Shown one piece after another: positions 59,046 through 64,000 of a DNA stretch of 64,000 nucleotides. The notes beneath the pieces are model-generated. The model was given only the letters and a program-made list of their open reading frames with translations. It did no database searches and was not told where the DNA came from. The stretch is from Escherichia phage 215Ecol030PP, in sequence record PP328843.1; one strand, written 5' to 3'. Numbering within the stretch: the first letter of the stretch is position 1; each line of letters starts with the position of its first letter. The position numbers and the translations under genes were made by a program.

Positions 59046-61103
59046 TTATCCTTGAACGAACTTGTAAGGCATGTTTGCAATATCTATGCAAGACGCAATA
59101 ATTCCAAGAGATGATTCTACTTTCTGTTTAACATTTGATGAAACAAATGATGCAAAGTCAACTCTGTCTTCTATTTCAATATCACCTGTCATTGCAACTA
59201 CTTCACCGGTTTCCATTAAACGGTCTCCGTCATAAATTACCGATTCGGTGAGTTCTTCTGTGGTCATAACTTCAGCTTGAATAAGCTTGTTGTTAGTTCT
59301 AACTGTTCCATCGTTGTAAGATGCATCGGTTATTTTATTAACTTTGACCATTAATCCACGTGGCAAAATGACTTCCATTTCATTTGAAGGCGCTAAACTT
59401 CCACCAGGTAAAACAACATTGACCTTATCAGCCCCAGTAATAACCCATCCAATTCCAACTAAATTATCGCTAGAATTTACTAGTCCTTCATCAGTTTTAT
59501 CAATAGAAACACTTAGACGTTTTTCGTCTGGTAAAACACCTATAGATGAATCAGTCATCCAAGTACCAAAAATATTTGGATATAATGATGTTGACACAAA
59601 GTTTCTAAAATAAAAAACTCGATTTTTTACCATTGCTTCATATATTGAAGGTAACATTCGTTGTGAACGATACAAAGTAATACCTTTTGGTAATCGTTCA
59701 CCATTTTTAAAGGCTGAATCTAAATTATCAATGGCTTGTTCTATTTCAGGTGCTGTTAAAATACTTGTACGCTCATCTGGATTATATAATCCCAAAAGAG
59801 CATTATTTATGTCTACATATCCTGAACCTACATATTCACGAATTCCGCGTTTTTGCGCTGGCGTGTATTTAGATGAATCTTTATTTTCGACTATAGGATG
59901 TAATGACCATCCAGCGGTAAGAGCATATCCACGTAATTCTCTTCGAATAATCTTTGTTTTTATTGCATTCCAAGAATTTTGTACTAACTCATTTGCAGCA
60001 TCTTGGTTTAAATGCGAATGTCTGTTAATATTTCTTTCAAACCAGGCACCTTTATATTTTTCTAAAGTATCATCGACGATAGAAGCAATAGTTTCTAAAG
60101 TTTTTATTGAAGTAATAGATTCTTTTCGTAATTTTTCTAAAGCTTTATTTTTTATTTCTGCATTAATAATGGATTCTTTATCTTCAGGAATTATAGAAGC
60201 TTCTCTGAATGCCATCCCAGCTGTAACACTGCTAAGAGCATTCTCTAGTGCAAATCCTGAAGTAGAAATTACCGTTAATTCATTAGAATCAGAAATTAAA
60301 GGCGCGTCCGCTGGTTTATTTAATTCTGCCGCTGAAGCCTCAAATTTTTGAAACATCGGTGTTTCAAATCTAGAAGATTCCAATGATTGACTTTGTGCAA
60401 TTGCTCTACGGGAAATTTTAACTTTAACGATTACAGCTTGGTCAGAACGTTTATCATTTTCTTGTGCAATAGATGCTGCAATTGCCTCATTTTTAGTTAC
60501 TTGAGCTCCAGTATCTTTATTGATATAAACATCACCGACCTTCGATTCAACCTTAGTAAAGAGCTCGGTACTAATTTCCGGAACTCCTGGAATGTCTTCT
60601 AGTGATACATTTTTGCGATGTATAAGAATATATGCATACTTTTTATCATAATCCCAGAGTTCCTTAAGAAGGACGTATCTGCCACCTGAACGACTACGGA
60701 TAAGTCTATCAGCAATAACTTGAATTTGTCGAGCTTGACCAGCAGTTTTAGACTTAAGAATACGAAGCATACAGGCATCAATTTTATACTGACGCATCGT
60801 CTGCATTGCAACAGTAAAAACTGAATTGATATAATTAATTGGGCTTGGACCAAGACCTTTCAATTTAGCAATTGAACCTTTAGCGGTTAATGTAAAAGGA
60901 ACAATATGCATCATTTTATCGCCCATCTTTAAATCACGATTAGTGTCACCTCCAGATGTATAGGTACATAAACGAAAGCCTGGTTGTTCAATTGCATCAT
61001 CAACATGAACTGAAAAAATTTGCGGTATTTTCTTCTTTGGATTTAAGTTTGTAATCGGAAGAGTAGTATCTTCGTCAAATAATTCTGTAATTAGTTCCAT
61101 CAT
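59046..61103 (-). CDS. alt: ADP-ribosyltransferase Alt (685 aa), packaged virion protein
   Basis: length/synteny; late promoter TATAAATA upstream. Confidence 0.92.
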   Translation of the reverse strand: MMELITELFDEDTTLPITNLNPKKKIPQIFSVHVDDAIEQPGFRLCTYTSGGDTNRDLKMGDKMMHIVPFTLTAKGSIAKLKGLGPSPINYINSVFTVAMQTMRQYKIDACMLRILKSKTAGQARQIQVIADRLIRSRSGGRYVLLKELWDYDKKYAYILIHRKNVSLEDIPGVPEISTELFTKVESKVGDVYINKDTGAQVTKNEAIAASIAQENDKRSDQAVIVKVKISRRAIAQSQSLESSRFETPMFQKFEASAAELNKPADAPLISDSNELTVISTSGFALENALSSVTAGMAFREASIIPEDKESIINAEIKNKALEKLRKESITSIKTLETIASIVDDTLEKYKGAWFERNINRHSHLNQDAANELVQNSWNAIKTKIIRRELRGYALTAGWSLHPIVENKDSSKYTPAQKRGIREYVGSGYVDINNALLGLYNPDERTSILTAPEIEQAIDNLDSAFKNGERLPKGITLYRSQRMLPSIYEAMVKNRVFYFRNFVSTSLYPNIFGTWMTDSSIGVLPDEKRLSVSIDKTDEGLVNSSDNLVGIGWVITGADKVNVVLPGGSLAPSNEMEVILPRGLMVKVNKITDASYNDGTVRTNNKLIQAEVMTTEELTESVIYDGDRLMETGEVVAMTGDIEIEDRVDFASFVSSNVKQKVESSLGIIASCIDIANMPYKFVQG

Positions 61104-61123
61104 ATCCTCTCTATTGTTTATTC

Positions 61124-61131
61124 TATTTATA
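61124..61131 (-). promoter_or_regulatory. late promoter TATAAATA for alt
   Basis: exact motif on minus strand just upstream of alt start. Confidence 0.55.
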
Positions 61132-61136
61132 AAATT

Positions 61137-61154
61137 AAAGGCCCGAAGGCCTTT
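61137..61154 (-). terminator. terminator hairpin overlapping stop of gene 61153-61341, preceding alt late promoter
   Basis: AAAGGCCCGAAGGCCTTT then T-rich tract on minus strand. Confidence 0.5.
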
Positions 61155-61341
61155 AATAATCTAGTGGTAAGAGAGTACGGTATATTTCAAACTTTGGACC
61201 TTTTTCATAGGCATCAAATGTTTCTGTGAATTTATTATAAGCATATGCATCTACAAATTCGAGAATGACTTGTGATACAGAAGTAGAAACATCTCCACCT
61301 TCTTTTTGAGCAATGACAATTGTTTCTAAGTAAGCTTTCAT
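61153..61341 (-). CDS. hypothetical small protein (62 aa)
   Basis: ORF track; ATGA overlap with gene 30 stop. Confidence 0.5.
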   Translation of the reverse strand: MKAYLETIVIAQKEGGDVSTSVSQVILEFVDAYAYNKFTETFDAYEKGPKFEIYRTLLPLDY

Positions 61342-62801
61342 AGACCAGTTACCTCATGAAAATCACCAAATACATCTTCGAACGTATTAGCTTTAGTTTT
61401 ATCTTCGCGTAAACGAATCGCAATCGGAAGAAATAATTTAACGTAATCAGTGCGGCCATCAGATTTTAACCAACCGTTGCATTCGCACTCTAGAATTTTT
61501 CCAATATAATAATTTTGGTTTTCCATAATGCGAGTACGGTCAAGTTCATGCGATTTTACACCGGCTTTATCTTTTAAGCCTGAACCAGCATTTACTTTAA
61601 TTTTTCCACACTCTGATTCAAGAATAAATCCACCTGCTTTAGTAGGGTCTTTACGGTGAGGATAAATTCCTACAATTTTTAAATCAACATCAATTACTTC
61701 TTTAAATTTATAGAGATTTTTTGAACGAGCATTTTCCCATAATCCATCGATATTTTTGAGAATAATACCTTCAAGACCTTGGTCAATATACTTTTTATAA
61801 ATTACCTTAGCTTCATCTAGGTTATTTACTACTTGGTTTTCAATTAAAATTACTTTATCATAGCCTGATGTCATTTGTTCTAGTTTAGAAAAACGTACAT
61901 CATATTTCAAACGAAATGCAGGAAGACCGTATATTTCTACCAACGGAACATAGTCCCAGACCTGAAACTTCATGCATTGAGCTTCTTTTTCAGAAATGGT
62001 TCCCTTTAAAGATTTATTAGCGATTCCATTAGAAGTAGTACGTGATTCAGCTACTTCGGCGAATTCTTTGGCTTTACTAATTTCAGGATAAGCATCAAAA
62101 AGAAAATCTAGGCCTTCTGGCTCCTTTTTAACTTGCTCATGGTATACCAATTCGCCATCAATTAACACGCCTTCTGGATGAATCTGGCGGGCTTCAGCGG
62201 TCATTTTGATTAATTCTTCCTTAAGAAGATCTAATCCTAGATATTCATTACCGGCTCGTGATAAAAGACGAACATCATCTAATTCATCACCTCTGACTTC
62301 GGCAAAGCACCGAGCTCCATCAGCTTTTAACTGGGCAAAGGCTGGAAATTTGATATTCTTATTAATGCCTTTTTCATCATAAGAACTTGCAAGCATTTGA
62401 GGTTGTTCAGGAATTAAACCTGGCCAAACTTTGTTTGCAATAGATACCGAAGCACCGCATTCAAGGTCTCGCATCATCACTCGACGCAAAACTTCAACAT
62501 CATCTTTTTTACCATCGGTGATGTATCCAGTTAATTCCTCAATTGCCGCATTTCCAGTCAATTTCCGAGTAGCTAACGTGAATTCAATGAAGTCAAGCAT
62601 ATCGGTAAGAGTCAACATTCCAAAACTCTGGGTAGCAATACCAGGTTTAGGCCATTTCTTGATATAATACTGCAACCCACGAGAATAAGTCAGACGATAT
62701 ACTCGTTTAAGCAATTCATTATCTTTATTCTTTTCAAGAATTGCTTGCTTCTGCTTAGTTGAACCAATAGATGCTATTTCGTTCAGAATTTTAAGAATCA
62801 T
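61338..62801 (-). CDS. 30: ATP-dependent DNA ligase gp30 (487 aa)
   Basis: ligase motif I KADGAR; length as T4 gp30. Confidence 0.95.
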   Translation of the reverse strand: MILKILNEIASIGSTKQKQAILEKNKDNELLKRVYRLTYSRGLQYYIKKWPKPGIATQSFGMLTLTDMLDFIEFTLATRKLTGNAAIEELTGYITDGKKDDVEVLRRVMMRDLECGASVSIANKVWPGLIPEQPQMLASSYDEKGINKNIKFPAFAQLKADGARCFAEVRGDELDDVRLLSRAGNEYLGLDLLKEELIKMTAEARQIHPEGVLIDGELVYHEQVKKEPEGLDFLFDAYPEISKAKEFAEVAESRTTSNGIANKSLKGTISEKEAQCMKFQVWDYVPLVEIYGLPAFRLKYDVRFSKLEQMTSGYDKVILIENQVVNNLDEAKVIYKKYIDQGLEGIILKNIDGLWENARSKNLYKFKEVIDVDLKIVGIYPHRKDPTKAGGFILESECGKIKVNAGSGLKDKAGVKSHELDRTRIMENQNYYIGKILECECNGWLKSDGRTDYVKLFLPIAIRLREDKTKANTFEDVFGDFHEVTGL

Positions 62802-63067
62802 TGTTCATCCTTCAGAGTTTGGTTTACAGCTCTATTATAAATCAATTCATCATTAAGCTCAGTCAAAGACTTATGATATGTGGTTCTAACTTTATTTCCT
62901 TGCATCCAGTGCTTGACGTAAATGAAACCTTGCTCTACACATTTTTTAAAAATTCGTTCGTCTTTTTGAGCTCGGAATTCTGGATTGCATCTAAAAAATT
63001 GATTTACGTGACCGTAATCACGTGTAGTATTACCTTCATTTTCATAAATGGTATGAACAACAAACAT
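62798..63067 (-). CDS. hypothetical protein (T4 30.1 position, 89 aa)
   Basis: ORF track; synteny. Confidence 0.6.
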   Translation of the reverse strand: MFVVHTIYENEGNTTRDYGHVNQFFRCNPEFRAQKDERIFKKCVEQGFIYVKHWMQGNKVRTTYHKSLTELNDELIYNRAVNQTLKDEQ

Positions 63068-63906
63068 TAGAATGCTCCTTGGAAAATATTATCACCACTA
63101 GTAGGTCTATTATACAAATACTCTATGCCACCAGGTTTAATATAGTTCCATGTCTGAAACGGATGTGTCTGATATGGATGATATAGATGATTATAAGGAT
63201 TAAATCCAGGAGTTCTCCAGGTAGTGTTCCAAGGAAAAGAATCGTTTTTGATCATCTTCTCAATTACATCTTTTATAACTTTTTCACTATCAAAACTTTC
63301 TTTATTTTCCTTCGATGGAAAAAGCTTATTCTCTACATCATTCCATGTATAAACTCGCTGAGCAGTTTTTGGAATATTGTCACGTTCTCCTCGAGCCATC
63401 CAATAAACCGGAACATTTAATATTTCACTCGCGTGGTCGCAGTGGTGAGCGAGATCGTCAATATAACAAATTACGTTATATTTCTCTTTTGCCTTTTTAA
63501 ACAACTCTTCTTTTGAAGAATCATGACCACACATCATTACTTCTGAGAAGGCACCAGGAAAAAGAGCATTCAAATTAAATTGACGATTTAATAGAGCGTC
63601 AATAGAATCACCCAGCGCTGTAACAGCTACAAAATTATAATCTTCTTTTAATTTGTTAATTACACACAGAGCATCTTTATATGGAGACAAGTAACGAATA
63701 AAATCTGAACGATTGTATTTTTCAATTAACTTGACGCCAAGTTCTTCGTCACAATTAAAAAGTTTACCAGGAGAAATAAATTTTTCATCTTGGATCATTT
63801 TTAAAATATGTTCCAATGGAAGATTATATTTCTGGGCAAAATAAGGAAGACCCGATTGCCAGCTTAAACATACTCCATCAATATCAGTTAAAATAGTAGG
63901 CTTCAT
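63067..63906 (-). CDS. HAD-superfamily hydrolase-like protein (T4 30.2 position, 279 aa)
   Basis: N-terminal ILTDIDGV resembles HAD motif I. Confidence 0.65.
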   Translation of the reverse strand: MKPTILTDIDGVCLSWQSGLPYFAQKYNLPLEHILKMIQDEKFISPGKLFNCDEELGVKLIEKYNRSDFIRYLSPYKDALCVINKLKEDYNFVAVTALGDSIDALLNRQFNLNALFPGAFSEVMMCGHDSSKEELFKKAKEKYNVICYIDDLAHHCDHASEILNVPVYWMARGERDNIPKTAQRVYTWNDVENKLFPSKENKESFDSEKVIKDVIEKMIKNDSFPWNTTWRTPGFNPYNHLYHPYQTHPFQTWNYIKPGGIEYLYNRPTSGDNIFQGAF

Positions 63907-64000
63907 AGAGAGTCTCTTAATAGGTTTAACACATCAATAAATTCAGCTTCGGTTAGTATTGTATCATCTTTTGTTAGACCACTAGCCATGCTGTGCTTCA
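63903..64000 (-). CDS. hypothetical protein, 5'-truncated by window edge (T4 30.3 position)
   Basis: open frame enters from window end; stop overlaps start of downstream gene. Confidence 0.35.
   Translation of the reverse strand, partial: KHSMASGLTKDDTILTEAEFIDVLNLLRDSL

Noticed and set aside
59731-60351. Plus-strand 206-aa ORF inside alt
   Set aside because: Antisense to alt, no start signals, hydrophobic/low-complexity translation.

Overview
This window is a contiguous ~64 kb segment of a T4-like (T-even, Tequatrovirus-type) myovirus genome in standard T4 map orientation, not bacterial chromosome. Identification rests on near-identity of translated ORFs to T4 proteins I recognise (lysozyme e, endonuclease V, dNMP kinase gp1, gp5, gp23, terminase gp16/gp17, fibritin, Alt, DNA ligase gp30) and on T4 gene order. 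Layout: a minus-strand early/accessory block (GrcA-like glycyl-radical cofactor, P-loop NTPase, denV, e, nudE, a cluster of small membrane/coiled-coil ORFs, a 10-tRNA cluster with an embedded HNH endonuclease, an internal-protein locus, acb1/57B, 57A, 1, 3, 2, 4); the plus-strand late structural block 53-5-5.1-5.4-6-7-8-9-10-11-12-wac-13-[HNH]-14-15-16-17-18-19-20-67-68-21-22-23-24; then rnlB/hoc/inh (minus), uvsW (plus), uvsY-25-26 (minus), 51-27-28-29-48-54 (plus), alt-30-30.1-30.2 (minus). Late promoters (TATAAATA), a repeated early-promoter-like element (GTTTAC-N18-TACTAT) and GC-stem tetraloop hairpins at gene ends are visible. The parts that differ from T4 as I remember it, and are the best candidates for undescribed biology, are: the internal-protein cassette (9460-10344), the tandem membrane-protein paralog cluster (3094-5533), the P-loop NTPase pair (639-1552), two freestanding HNH endonucleases, an expanded tRNA set, a consensus CRP-like palindrome inside the tRNA cluster, a Hoc Ig-domain duplication and a diverged alt N-terminal fragment. 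The ORF track accepts ATG/GTG/TTG starts; hand-derived coordinates (tRNAs, promoters, hairpins) may be off by 1-2 nt. No database search was possible; all homology statements are from memory of the named families.
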